From contig LJUI01000005.1 in assembly GCA_001303705.1 (NCBI GenBank), forward strand, positions 1 through 45,400: DNA of 45,400 bases. Reading direction: 5' to 3'. Shown piece after piece: positions 1-9,284 of the stretch. The DNA is from a candidate division TA06 bacterium SM23_40. Lineage in GTDB: Bacteria; LJUI01; SM1-40. Each line of letters begins with the position of its first letter. Position 1 is the first letter of the stretch. A model generated the notes under the pieces. The model had not been told where the DNA came from. It ran no database searches and saw only the letters and a list, made by a program, of their open reading frames with translations. The translations under genes were made by a program, and so were the position numbers.

Positions 1-2
1 CG

Positions 3-80
3 ACGTTGTCCGCTCTGATGGCATTCTATTCTCTGATAGGCGTTGTTCGCTCCGATAGGCGGGATGGATTGACACGATGA
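3..80 (+). CDS. 3' end of upstream gene (partial), probably an ABC-2 permease
   Basis: Open frame from the window edge (TLSALMAFYSLIGVVRSDRRDGLTR*) ends in TGA overlapping the next ATG (ATGA, 77-80); hydrophobic tail. Confidence 0.55.
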   Translation, partial: TLSALMAFYSLIGVVRSDRRDGLTR

Positions 81-1246
81 AATCAACACTGATCGCGCGA
101 ATGACCTTTCGACTCATCATCAGAGACAAAGAAGCGCTCTTCTGGATGCTGCTGATGCCGCTAGTCTTCACGTTCTTCTTCAGTCTGATGATGGGCGGCG
201 ACCATGAGCCACGACCCACGATCATCTCTGTAGTGGACGAGGACAGGGGTCCTTTCTCCCGGGAACTCATCGGCGACCTCGAATCTGAAGACATCAAGAC
301 CGCATCCATCGGTGACAGAGGAGAGGCTGATAGTCTGTTGGCTTCTGGCGAGATCACCAGGTATCTTTTGGTCCCGGAGGGACTCTCTGACAGCATTCCG
401 CTCCGCCGCCAGACCGAACTCGAATTCATCGTCAAGGGAGGGGAAAGGAACCTGCGCGCCGACCTGGCGGAGGTGAAGATATACCAGGCGATCTTTGGCC
501 TGATCGCAGACCTGCTTGTGGCTGAGACGGTCGTCGCCGACGCGGAGACTTCACCGCCGGGTCTTTTCGAACGATATCAGACCGCACGAGCGCAGCCGGA
601 TCGCGTGACGCTTGTGAGCGAGGGCGCCGGACCGAGACCGATCATCCCGAGCGGCATCGAACACATCCTGCCCGGGATGATGGTCATGTTCATCCTCCTC
701 ACCATGCTCACGGGAGGAGCAGCTACTCTGGTCGAGGAGAGGAGGACGGGCGTCCTGGCGCGGACATTCCTCTGTCCCGTTATGAGGTCGGACATCATCA
801 TCGGAAAGACGCTTGGCCACCTCGCCCTCGGCATCTTCCAGACGACAATTCTCATCGCCGCCGGAGTGGTTCTGTTTCGATTCCCTCTGTTTCAGCAGAG
901 GGCGGCCGGGATGTCGGTCCTCCTCCTGGCCTATGTTGTGGCTGCGGCCGCACTCGGCATCGTCTTCGGGGCATATTTCAGGAGCCCGGATCGCGCTGCC
1001 TGGGCCGGCGTCATAACCACTCTGGCGATGGCCGCCCTCGGAGGGTGCTGGTGGCCCATCGAAGTCGTGCCGCGGTACATGCAATACATCGCCCGTCTCC
1101 TCCCCACCGGCTGGGCGATCGCCGGCCTACACCGGCTCTTCTTCTTCGGCGGAGGAGTGACGGCAGTCCTCCCGCACGCACTCATCCTCCTCTGCTTCGC
1201 AGCACTCTTTCTCTTCATCGCCACAAGGAAATTGAGGATCGTCTAA
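77..1246 (+). CDS. ABC-2 type transporter permease
   Basis: N-terminal TM helix, extracytoplasmic domain, EERRTGVLAR motif, several C-terminal TMs, GGCWWPIE..LPTGWA motif. Confidence 0.9.
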   Translation: MKSTLIARMTFRLIIRDKEALFWMLLMPLVFTFFFSLMMGGDHEPRPTIISVVDEDRGPFSRELIGDLESEDIKTASIGDRGEADSLLASGEITRYLLVPEGLSDSIPLRRQTELEFIVKGGERNLRADLAEVKIYQAIFGLIADLLVAETVVADAETSPPGLFERYQTARAQPDRVTLVSEGAGPRPIIPSGIEHILPGMMVMFILLTMLTGGAATLVEERRTGVLARTFLCPVMRSDIIIGKTLGHLALGIFQTTILIAAGVVLFRFPLFQQRAAGMSVLLLAYVVAAAALGIVFGAYFRSPDRAAWAGVITTLAMAALGGCWWPIEVVPRYMQYIARLLPTGWAIAGLHRLFFFGGGVTAVLPHALILLCFAALFLFIATRKLRIV

Positions 1247-2439
1247 GGTTGGACCTCACGTGGTATGTACGCGTCGAGGTGGGTGAGGTGGCTCGCCTCT
1301 TTGATGAGAGCGTGCGCGATGACCGTCCGCTGGAGCTGATTTGTCCCCTCATAGATCTGTGTTATCTTCGCATCCCTCATATACTTCTCTATGGGATAGT
1401 CCTTCATGTATCCGTAGCCGCCGAATACCTGCACCGCGTTCGTCGTAACCTCCATCGCAACGTCGCTGGCGAAGAGCTTGGCCTGGGAGGAGAGCTTCCT
1501 CGTGCCGGATAGCCCCTGATCGACCGCTGCCGCTGCCGCGTACAGGAGCTGGCGCGCAGCCTCGATCTTCGTCGCCATGTCAGCAAGGAGCTGCTGTATC
1601 ATCTGAAACGAACTGATTGGCTGGCCGAACTGCTCCCGTCGTGTCGCATAGAACATCGCATACTCGAGTGCTCCCTGTGCCAGCCCGACAGCCTGCGCCG
1701 CGACACCCGGGCGCGCCCGATCGATGGTCGACATCGCCTGAAGAAGCCCCCTCCCCAGCTTCCCCCCGAGGATCTGCTCGCGCGGCACCCGACAGTCTCT
1801 GAAGTAGAGTTCACGCACCGGGACACAGCGGATGCCCAGCTTGTCCTCCTCTTTCCCGATCTCGAATCCGGGCGTCTCCTTCTCGACGATGAAGGCGCTG
1901 ATTCTACGCGATCTCGAACTCGGATCGGTGACCGCGAAGACCGTGTAGATGTCCGCCGCCCCTGCGTTGGTCGTCCATTTCTTCTCCCCGTTGATTACGA
2001 AGTCATCGCCGTCCTCGACCGCGCTGGTGCGCATGCTTCCCGCGTCGGTGCCCGCAAACTTCTCCGACAGCCCGAATGCCGCCAGGATCTTCCCCTGCGC
2101 GATATCGGGCAAGTACTTCTGTTTCTGTTCTTCGGTGCCGCTCAGCACGATCGGCAGCGACCCGAGGGCGTTCACCGCGTACATCGTCCCCGCGCCGCCA
2201 CACGCCTTAGAGATCTCTTCTACGCACAGGCAGAGATCGAGAAGCGAACCTCCTCCGCCTCCATATTCGCGGTCGATCCACACTCCCAGCAGTCCGGCCC
2301 CGGCGAGACCCTCCCTGATCTCGTGAGGATAGGTCTGGGAGCGATCGTATTTCGCAGCCAGCGGCCGGACGGTCGCCTCCGCCACGTCCCGCGCCTTCGT
2401 CTGCCACTCTCGATTCTGCTCAGTCAGAAACGCCGACAT
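1243..2439 (-). CDS. Acyl-CoA dehydrogenase
   Basis: AFGLSEKFAGTD, INGEKKWTTN, RREQFGQPI, QVFGGYGY, IYEGTNQLQR motifs; GGAGGTGA RBS before ATG 2439. Confidence 0.95.
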   Translation of the reverse strand: MSAFLTEQNREWQTKARDVAEATVRPLAAKYDRSQTYPHEIREGLAGAGLLGVWIDREYGGGGGSLLDLCLCVEEISKACGGAGTMYAVNALGSLPIVLSGTEEQKQKYLPDIAQGKILAAFGLSEKFAGTDAGSMRTSAVEDGDDFVINGEKKWTTNAGAADIYTVFAVTDPSSRSRRISAFIVEKETPGFEIGKEEDKLGIRCVPVRELYFRDCRVPREQILGGKLGRGLLQAMSTIDRARPGVAAQAVGLAQGALEYAMFYATRREQFGQPISSFQMIQQLLADMATKIEAARQLLYAAAAAVDQGLSGTRKLSSQAKLFASDVAMEVTTNAVQVFGGYGYMKDYPIEKYMRDAKITQIYEGTNQLQRTVIAHALIKEASHLTHLDAYIPREVQP

Positions 2440-2478
2440 CCGGTCACCTCCATCTACACCCACTACACTGCGAAAATC

Positions 2479-3060
2479 TTACGAAAATCTATCGTAGAAA
2501 ACGATCTCGTCGAGCGGCCGCTTACGCTTCTCCACGGGCCAACCGAGAGGATGGCCGACCATGATGAGGTACAGGCAGAGCCAGTTCTCGGGCAGCCGAA
2601 GGACACGACCCACCTTGTCGATGCTGATGGCACCGATCCAGCACGTCCCGAGTCCCAACGAGCGTGCCGCGATCACGAGATTCTCACCAGCGATGATGGC
2701 ATTCTGGTCCTGGTAGATGCTGTCGCGAAGCCGCGCAGGCACGGAGCGCAGCCACTGGTACACTTCTTCACCATGCCGCAGTCGCAGCTTACCGTGCACG
2801 ACGTCCTTCATCTCCTCAAGCGGTGTACACTCGGTGCAGCAGGCAATGATGACAGGCACCTGGCGAATCAGGTCATTCTGGACGACGCATTCTGCGAGCT
2901 CGTCTTTGACCTTCTGGTCCCGGATCACACCGAGCTTCCACTTCACGGGGCCGCCGTGGGGCGCCAGGCGGGCAGCCTCCAGTATCTCGCGGAGGTGCTC
3001 TTCGGACACAGGTCTCGGGCTGTAGTCGCGGACGCTCCTCCTCGCTCTGATTGCTCCCAT
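2479..3060 (-). CDS. Nitroreductase family protein
   Basis: AIRARRSVRDY, ILEAARLAP, AARSLGLGTCWIG motifs; start uncertain (ORF is open to 3303). Confidence 0.88.
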   Translation of the reverse strand: MGAIRARRSVRDYSPRPVSEEHLREILEAARLAPHGGPVKWKLGVIRDQKVKDELAECVVQNDLIRQVPVIIACCTECTPLEEMKDVVHGKLRLRHGEEVYQWLRSVPARLRDSIYQDQNAIIAGENLVIAARSLGLGTCWIGAISIDKVGRVLRLPENWLCLYLIMVGHPLGWPVEKRKRPLDEIVFYDRFS

Positions 3061-3371
3061 TGCACTCGACGTCGACCTCCGCTCGGCGGCGATCTTCATT
3101 CCACGATAGGGAACCCGTAGTACCCTGCGCAGCAGTTGCGCGATCCTTCTCATGCGGTGCGTCCTCCTCGCTCCTGGATTCTCCGCCGCCCGGCCATTCG
3201 ACGACACGCGCCTGGCCGGGCGCATGGCATCGTCTTTGCGATTCCCGGGCTCCCACTCTCCGCAGCATCGGTGGAGCCCCGGGATGTCGGACGAATCCAT
3301 CACAATCTACTCCACTCGCATGCCTGAGGCAACCTCTTTTTGCTCGCCTCCGCGCCCTGTCCGTCTTTCAT

Positions 3372-3900
3372 GGTCCATCGGACCCTCCATGTCCCGGGGA
3401 ACCATTCGTGCTCCTTCGGACCAGCATCCACGTCCCGCCAACGCCTCATGTCTCGTCGAACCATCCACGTCCAGGCCAACACTCATAGCCGAGACGACCC
3501 TGCGTGCGCTATCGAACCCTCCGCGCGCCACCCACCCCCCACGCGCCGTCAGATCCCCCATGCTCCATCGAACCATCCACGCCCCGGGGAACCATCTGCG
3601 TCTCAACGAGCCCTCCACGTCTCAACGAACGCGCCACGTCCCATCGGGCCCTCCAGGTCCCGTCAAACGCTCCATACCTTATTGGACTGCCCGCGTCCCA
3701 TCGAACGCTTCATATCCCATCGAACCATTCGTGTCCCGGCCAACCCCTCATGCGCCAGACAACACTGTGTGCCTATCGAACCTTCCGCGCTCCGGCCACC
3801 CACCACGTGCAACAGGACTCTCCATGTCCCATCCAACGTCCCATCCAACGTCCCATCCAACGCTCCACGTCCCATCGACCCTCCATATTCTCTCGAACAC
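3372..3900. repeat. Degenerate ~19-bp tandem array (~28 units, consensus GTCCCATCGAACCCTCCAC) including a perfect 12-bp x3 tract
   Basis: Manual parsing into units; 12 consecutive 19-nt units at 3543-3770; GTCCCATCCAAC x3 at 3826-3861. Confidence 0.9.
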
Positions 3901-3906
3901 CGACTT

Positions 3907-5442
3907 CTACCACCAGACCGAGCGGTCGAGGCTGCGATATTGAATCGCCTCCGCGACATGCTCGGCGCGTATCAGCTCACTCCCCGCAAGATCCGCGATC
4001 GTTCGTGAAACCTTCAAAATCCGATCATAGGCTCGCCCTGACAGCCCAAACCGTTCCACAGCAACTCGCAACAGGGATTCGCTCTCGGCATCGATACGGC
4101 AAAACTGCCTGACGCCGCGAGGTCCCATGTGGGCATTGCAGAAGAGGCGCCCTTCCACCGCGAACCTCTCCTGCTGCCTCGCCCGCGCGGCATCGACCCG
4201 GAGCCGAATTGCCTGGCTGGACTCGCCACCTGCCTGCGCCGCGAGTTCGCGGTACCTGAGGGCCGGCACCTCGATGTGGATGTCGATCCTGTCAAAGAGG
4301 GGGCCCGAGATCCTCGCCAGGTATCGCTGGATATCGAGGGGAGAGCAGGAGCATTCACGGGTCGGATGGCCGCTGAATCCGCACGGACACGGATTCATCG
4401 CTGCCGCCAGCATAAACCGGGCAGGAAACGTCAGCGAAAGGGCCGCCCGTGTCACCGTCACCTCCCCGTCCTCGAGGGGCTGGCGCAACACCTCGAGCGC
4501 GCGGCGCGAGAACTCAGGCAGCTCATCGAGAAAGAGGACGCCATTATGAGCGAGACTCACCTCACCGGGACGGGGATGGCTCCCGCCCCCCACAAGACCC
4601 ACATCAGAGACCGAGTGGTGAGGGGAACGAAACGGCCTCGTCCCGATGAGCGCCCTGCTCCGCGGAAGGGTTCCTGCCACGCTGTGCACCTTGGTGGTCT
4701 GAAGCGCCTCCTCCAGGCTCATCTCAGGGAGTATCGTCACCAGACGGCGGGCCAGCATCGTCTTCCCCGATCCCGGGGGCCCGATGAGAATGATGTTGTG
4801 GCCGCCCGCCGCCGCCACCTCGAATGCCCGCTTGGCATGCTCCTGACCTTTCACCTCGGCGAAATCGATCGGATACTCCGATGCTCTCCGCACGAGATGT
4901 TCGGCCGAGAGGCGGACCGACGACACCTCCTGTCGCCCGGCCAGGAAATCGATGCATTCGACAAGACTCTCTACCGGATAGATCTCCAGACCATCCACGA
5001 CTGCCGCCTCCCGCACATTAGCCCGCGGCAACACGAGTCCGCTAAATGGACTATCCCTCACCGCGAGAGACATCGGAAGCACGCCGCGGACTCCCCGCAC
5101 CGCTCCATCGAGCGACAGCTCGCCGACGACAACCAACTCCTCCAGCCGCCCGGCATCGAGCTCCCCGGCCGCAGCGAGGATGCCGAGGGCTATGGGCAGA
5201 TCGAAAGCGGGGCCTTCCTTGCGCACATCCGCCGGGGCGAGATTGACCGTCACCCGGCGGGGAGGAAGCTGCAGCCCCGCATTCCTGATGGCTGCCGCTA
5301 CACGCTCTTTCGCCTCCCGGACCACTGCGGTGGGCAGGCCCACCATGGTGAACGATGGCAGGCCGAGGGAGATATCGACCTCTACCTCCACAATGTATCC
5401 ATCAATCCCGAGGACCGCCGCCGCGTGCACTCTTGCCAGCAT
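3907..5442 (-). CDS. comM: ComM/YifB Mg-chelatase-like AAA+ ATPase
   Basis: [28 protein letters not shown] Walker [23 protein letters not shown] motifs; start set at MLARV. Confidence 0.95.
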   Translation of the reverse strand: MLARVHAAAVLGIDGYIVEVEVDISLGLPSFTMVGLPTAVVREAKERVAAAIRNAGLQLPPRRVTVNLAPADVRKEGPAFDLPIALGILAAAGELDAGRLEELVVVGELSLDGAVRGVRGVLPMSLAVRDSPFSGLVLPRANVREAAVVDGLEIYPVESLVECIDFLAGRQEVSSVRLSAEHLVRRASEYPIDFAEVKGQEHAKRAFEVAAAGGHNIILIGPPGSGKTMLARRLVTILPEMSLEEALQTTKVHSVAGTLPRSRALIGTRPFRSPHHSVSDVGLVGGGSHPRPGEVSLAHNGVLFLDELPEFSRRALEVLRQPLEDGEVTVTRAALSLTFPARFMLAAAMNPCPCGFSGHPTRECSCSPLDIQRYLARISGPLFDRIDIHIEVPALRYRELAAQAGGESSQAIRLRVDAARARQQERFAVEGRLFCNAHMGPRGVRQFCRIDAESESLLRVAVERFGLSGRAYDRILKVSRTIADLAGSELIRAEHVAEAIQYRSLDRSVWW

Positions 5443-5636
5443 TGCTCGCTCCCACGGATTTCCCGGTCGCACAAGGAGACATCCGGGCTCAGAGAGATAG
5501 TAGGCCCGTACAGACACCGGCGCCCGGGACAGCAGCTGCCTGAACGAAGACAGCCACCGGGGCCGGTCATGCTCACCCCAGTGGCTGTTCAGTCTTTCTT
5601 CTCAGCGATTCCTATCCCACGTCCAGAACGGAGCGT

Positions 5637-5666
5637 ATCCTACCCCTGCCGGCCCCATTCTGTCAA
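5637..5666 (-). promoter_or_regulatory. Putative sigma70 promoter for comM
   Basis: TTGACA-18 nt-TAGGAT on the minus strand, ~195 nt upstream of the comM start. Confidence 0.6.
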
Positions 5667-5957
5667 GGAGAAACGAAGGTGGGACACCCCCGAAATCCCT
5701 GGCGTCATCCGGGTCAGTGCCCCCTGAAAAGAGATGAAGACGGACACAGAAGTGGAAACGGCGGTGACTCACTCTCTTGCCCGTTCGGGGGGATCGATTC
5801 CGCCCAATCCCACATGCCAGTCAGTGGGAAGGATCTGAGATACGGAAAACGTACCTTCTGTTGAAGGACCCCGGCTCTGCCCCGATCAGGCGTGTCAGCA
5901 GAGAAGCGGGATGAATTCACGAAACCAGCTGGAGTCCTGTCGGAGGCCAAAAAGCTA

Positions 5958-5986
5958 TTGAAGCGCCTCGAGCGATGCGCTACTAT
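5958..5986 (+). promoter_or_regulatory. Putative sigma70 promoter for the nuclease gene
   Basis: TTGAAG-17 nt-TACTAT. Confidence 0.55.
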
Positions 5987-6123
5987 CGCTGATGATACCG
6001 AGGAGGGCGCGGCGTAGTCCGCTTCCACAGAGGGATCGCGTCCTCCGCCTTCGAATCAAAGACGGTGACAGGCAGTGTGAAGCGCGCCACCTACATCGGC
6101 GGCTGCGCTCCGAAGGATACGAC

Positions 6124-7305
6124 ATGTGGATCCGTCTCGCCCTGCTCACGTTCATCTTCCAGCTCCCTGTACTCGCTGCTGTCGGCGCGTCGCTCGTGTC
6201 ACCCCGGGGCGAGGAGACATCACTCGAGATCGTCACCTGGAACATCGAGTGGTTCCCGCGGGAAGGCGAAGCCACCGTGCAAGCCGTTCGCCAGCTCGTC
6301 GAGGATCTCGATATCGATCTGTACGCCGTACAGGAGATCGCGGATACAGCCGCGTTCCGTTCTCTCCTGTACTCTCTCCCCGGATACGACGGTTTCTGGT
6401 CGCCGGATGCCTACACGTGGGGGGACTACCAAAAGACCGGCCTGATCTGGCGCGCCGACCAGATCGCAGTTTCTGGGCTGACGTCTCTGTTCGTAGGAGA
6501 CGATTATGCCTTTCCTCGGCCGCCGATTCAGGTCTATGTGACGGCCAGCGACGGAGAAAATGAGTTCGACTTCCATCTCGTCGTACTCCACCTCAAGGCA
6601 GGCGGCGGCGAGGATAACGAAGCGAGACGGCGGGCGGCAATAGAAACACTCAAGGCGTACCTGGATGCACAGCGACAGACGGCCGTTGACCCCGATGTCA
6701 TCGTGGCAGGAGACTGGAACGACGAGCTCGACGACCCCTCGTGGGATAACGTCTTCAACCTGTTTCTCGCGGACTCATTGAACTACTCTTTCATGACAGC
6801 ACCGCTCGCGGGAGACACGCGCTGGGCATCGTACCCTTCCACCGGATCATTGATCGATCATCTGCTGATTGACGAAGAGGCATCCAGCGCGTACGAGGGT
6901 GGATTCACAGAGACCCTCCGCCTCGATGACGAGTACGCGGCCTATCACGCTGTCGTATCGGACCATCGGCCGGTCATGAGCGTCTTCCCCATCTTCCCCG
7001 GCAACGAGCCCAACGGAGGGGCCGACACTACGGCCGCCTCTCCGGGGGTAGCGCTCAGCTACCCCTTCCCCAATCCGGCGAGCCAAATGGTCGAAGGAAC
7101 GTTCTACTTACCGACTCCCGGCTGGGCCACGCTCAACCTGTACAATGTCGGCGGCCAGAGGGTCTCGCGGCTCCCCTCCGGCTACTTCTCGGAAGGGAGC
7201 CACTCATACAGCTTCAACGTGGACGCGCTCACCTCAGGAGTCTACTTCGTCATCCTGATCACAGAAGAGCACCGCTACTCGAGGAAGACTGCCATTGTGA
7301 AATGA
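6124..7305 (+). CDS. Secreted endonuclease/exonuclease/phosphatase (EEP, DNase I-like) with T9SS-type-A-like C-terminal domain
   Basis: Signal peptide; TWNIEWF, AVQEI, HLKA, AGDWND, IDH, SDHRPV catalytic motifs; tail YPFPNP...LYNVGGQRV...SGVYFV...K. Confidence 0.88.
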   Translation: MWIRLALLTFIFQLPVLAAVGASLVSPRGEETSLEIVTWNIEWFPREGEATVQAVRQLVEDLDIDLYAVQEIADTAAFRSLLYSLPGYDGFWSPDAYTWGDYQKTGLIWRADQIAVSGLTSLFVGDDYAFPRPPIQVYVTASDGENEFDFHLVVLHLKAGGGEDNEARRRAAIETLKAYLDAQRQTAVDPDVIVAGDWNDELDDPSWDNVFNLFLADSLNYSFMTAPLAGDTRWASYPSTGSLIDHLLIDEEASSAYEGGFTETLRLDDEYAAYHAVVSDHRPVMSVFPIFPGNEPNGGADTTAASPGVALSYPFPNPASQMVEGTFYLPTPGWATLNLYNVGGQRVSRLPSGYFSEGSHSYSFNVDALTSGVYFVILITEEHRYSRKTAIVK

Positions 7306-7312
7306 CGACTCC

Positions 7313-7340
7313 CTCTCCGGATGTCAGACCATCCAGAGAG
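7313..7340 (+). terminator. Hairpin after the nuclease gene (possible terminator, no U-tract)
   Basis: CTCTC-C-GGATG / CATCC-A-GAGAG stem just after the stop. Confidence 0.35.
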
Positions 7341-7377
7341 ATGACGCGTCAATCCACGCATGATCGGGAGGGGCAGG

Positions 7378-9051
7378 ATGCCAACAGATCTCGAACTCGC
7401 GCGCTCAGTCTCCCCGCGGCCGATCACCGACGTGGCGGCCAGCATCGGACTTCACGCGGATGACCTCATCCTCTACGGAGAGGACAAAGCAAAGGTCAGG
7501 CTCGGCGCCATAGAACGGCTGCGATCCGGGCGAACCCCGGGGAAACTCGTCCTCGTCTCCGCCATCACTCCCACAGCCGCGGGCGAGGGGAAGACGACGA
7601 TGACGATCGCACTGGGACAGGGCCTGGCAAAACTCGGCCATTCCGTGGCTATTGCGCTCCGCGAACCATCCCTGGGACCCTGCCTCGGCATGAAGGGTGG
7701 GGCTACGGGAGGAGGGATGTGCCAGGTCATCCCCATGGAAGACATAAACCTCCACTTCACGGGGGACTTCCATGCGGTATCGACAGCGCACAATCTGCTC
7801 GCGGCGCTCCTCGACAACCATATCCATCGGGGCGACCGGCTGGAGATCGATCCACGCCGCATCACGTGGCGCCGCGTCATCGACATGAACGACCGGGCGC
7901 TCCGCGACATCATCATCGGGCTGGGCGGCGTCATGCAGGGCGTGCCGCGCGAATCGGGATTCGATATCACGCCCGCATCGGAGATCATGGCCATTCTCTG
8001 TCTGGCGGAGAGCTATGACGACCTGAAAGAGCGACTGAATCGGATCCTCCTGGCATTCACCTACGATCGCGAGCCGATCACAGCAGAGAAGCTCGGGGCG
8101 ACTGGCGCAATGGCGGCCTTGCTTCGCGATGCCCTCCTCCCGAACCTGGTGCAGACGATGGAGGGCGTGCCGGCATTTGTGCACGGCGGACCATTCGCGA
8201 ACATCGCCCACGGGTGCAACTCGGTCCTCGCGACACGCACGGGGCTCCACGCAGCCGACTGGGTTGTGACAGAGGCCGGCTTCGGATTCGACCTGGGCGC
8301 GGAAAAGTTCTTCGACATCAAGTGCCGGAGTGCGGGGCTCGACACCGTCGCCGTCGTGCTCGTCGCCACCTGTCGCGCACTCAAGATGCACGGTGGGGTG
8401 AAGAGCCGGGAACTAGCAGTGCCGAATCCCCGAGCCGTCGAGGCCGGTTTTCCCAATCTCGACAAGCATGTCGAGAACATCGGCAAGTTCAGGGAACCGC
8501 CGGTCGTCTGCCTCAATCGCTTCACACAGGATACCGAGGAGGAAATCGAGGTCATCCGCCGCCATTGTACGGACGTGCTTGGCGTGCCGTTCGCCGTCTG
8601 TGATGCGTGGTCGAGAGGCGGAGAGGGGGCGAAAGAACTCGCCCGGAGTGTCATCGCCCACGCCGAGAAATGCTCCAAGCCGTTCAGGCCGCTGTACGAT
8701 TGGGATTGGCCCGTGGAGAAGAAGATCCTGACAGTGGCCCGCGAGATGTACGGGGCCGAAGAGATCGAATACACAAAGGAGGCCGAACGCGACCTGAGGG
8801 ATATCGATCGGCTGGGTTACAACAACCTGCCGATCTGTATTGCCAAGACACAGAAGTCGCTCTCCGACGATCCGTCCCTGATAGGACGCCCCGAGGAATT
8901 CACCGTCCACGTCAGGGAGATACTCATCTCCGCAGGGGCCGGCTACCTCGTCCCCCTCACCGGCGACATCCTGCGCATGCCCGGCCTCCCCTCATCCCCC
9001 CAGGCAGAGCGCATCGACCTCGTCGACGGAAAGATCACCGGCCTCGAATAG
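7378..9051 (+). CDS. fhs: Formate--tetrahydrofolate ligase
   Basis: TPTAAGEGKTT, REPSLGP, KGGATGGG, INLHFTGDFHA, HGGPFANIAHG, VTEAGFG, MPGLP motifs. Confidence 0.97.
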   Translation: MPTDLELARSVSPRPITDVAASIGLHADDLILYGEDKAKVRLGAIERLRSGRTPGKLVLVSAITPTAAGEGKTTMTIALGQGLAKLGHSVAIALREPSLGPCLGMKGGATGGGMCQVIPMEDINLHFTGDFHAVSTAHNLLAALLDNHIHRGDRLEIDPRRITWRRVIDMNDRALRDIIIGLGGVMQGVPRESGFDITPASEIMAILCLAESYDDLKERLNRILLAFTYDREPITAEKLGATGAMAALLRDALLPNLVQTMEGVPAFVHGGPFANIAHGCNSVLATRTGLHAADWVVTEAGFGFDLGAEKFFDIKCRSAGLDTVAVVLVATCRALKMHGGVKSRELAVPNPRAVEAGFPNLDKHVENIGKFREPPVVCLNRFTQDTEEEIEVIRRHCTDVLGVPFAVCDAWSRGGEGAKELARSVIAHAEKCSKPFRPLYDWDWPVEKKILTVAREMYGAEEIEYTKEAERDLRDIDRLGYNNLPICIAKTQKSLSDDPSLIGRPEEFTVHVREILISAGAGYLVPLTGDILRMPGLPSSPQAERIDLVDGKITGLE

Positions 9052-9284
9052 ACTCGAAAGCCGCATACGGTGCCCCACGCTCATCATAGTGGTCGACACC
9101 TTTCCGTGGATCTCCGGGAGCGGGAGAGGGCTCCGGAATCAATCCAGTCCGAGCATCGTTCTCTGTACGAGACCAAGCGTGGGGACGCCCTTCCGGAATC
9201 TCCCCGACGTCGGAACACGGATCCCTGTAGCCAAGCGAGTGATCCCTGAGAAACAGAGATGCAGGATGAGGCCGGCACGATAAA

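Noticed and set aside
1243-1246. Overlapping stop codons of convergent genes
   Set aside because: Common compact arrangement; nothing further to support significance
3372-3900. Possible CRISPR array
   Set aside because: Units are contiguous and degenerate with no unique spacers; no cas genes in the window
3152-4112. Three overlapping Pro/Ser/His-rich + strand ORFs (263, 222, 202 aa)
   Set aside because: They arise from the stop-poor C-rich 19-bp array; unit lengths of 18/19/22 nt shuffle frames; no family motifs
4129-5727. 532-aa + strand ORF, and similar long antisense ORFs (26419-27846, 30550-32112, 37943-38887, 7405-8391)
   Set aside because: Antisense shadows of well-supported genes in high-GC DNA; no motifs
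5805-5835. CAGTGGGAAGG resembling part of a cobalamin riboswitch
   Set aside because: The B12-box and other conserved elements are not visible, and the downstream gene is unrelated
7306-7377. THF or ZTP riboswitch upstream of fhs
   Set aside because: Only ~70 bp with one hairpin; consensus not seen
7378-9051. Wood-Ljungdahl pathway inferred from fhs plus ackA
   Set aside because: No folD, metF, acs or cooS in the window; fhs alone is common in C1 metabolism
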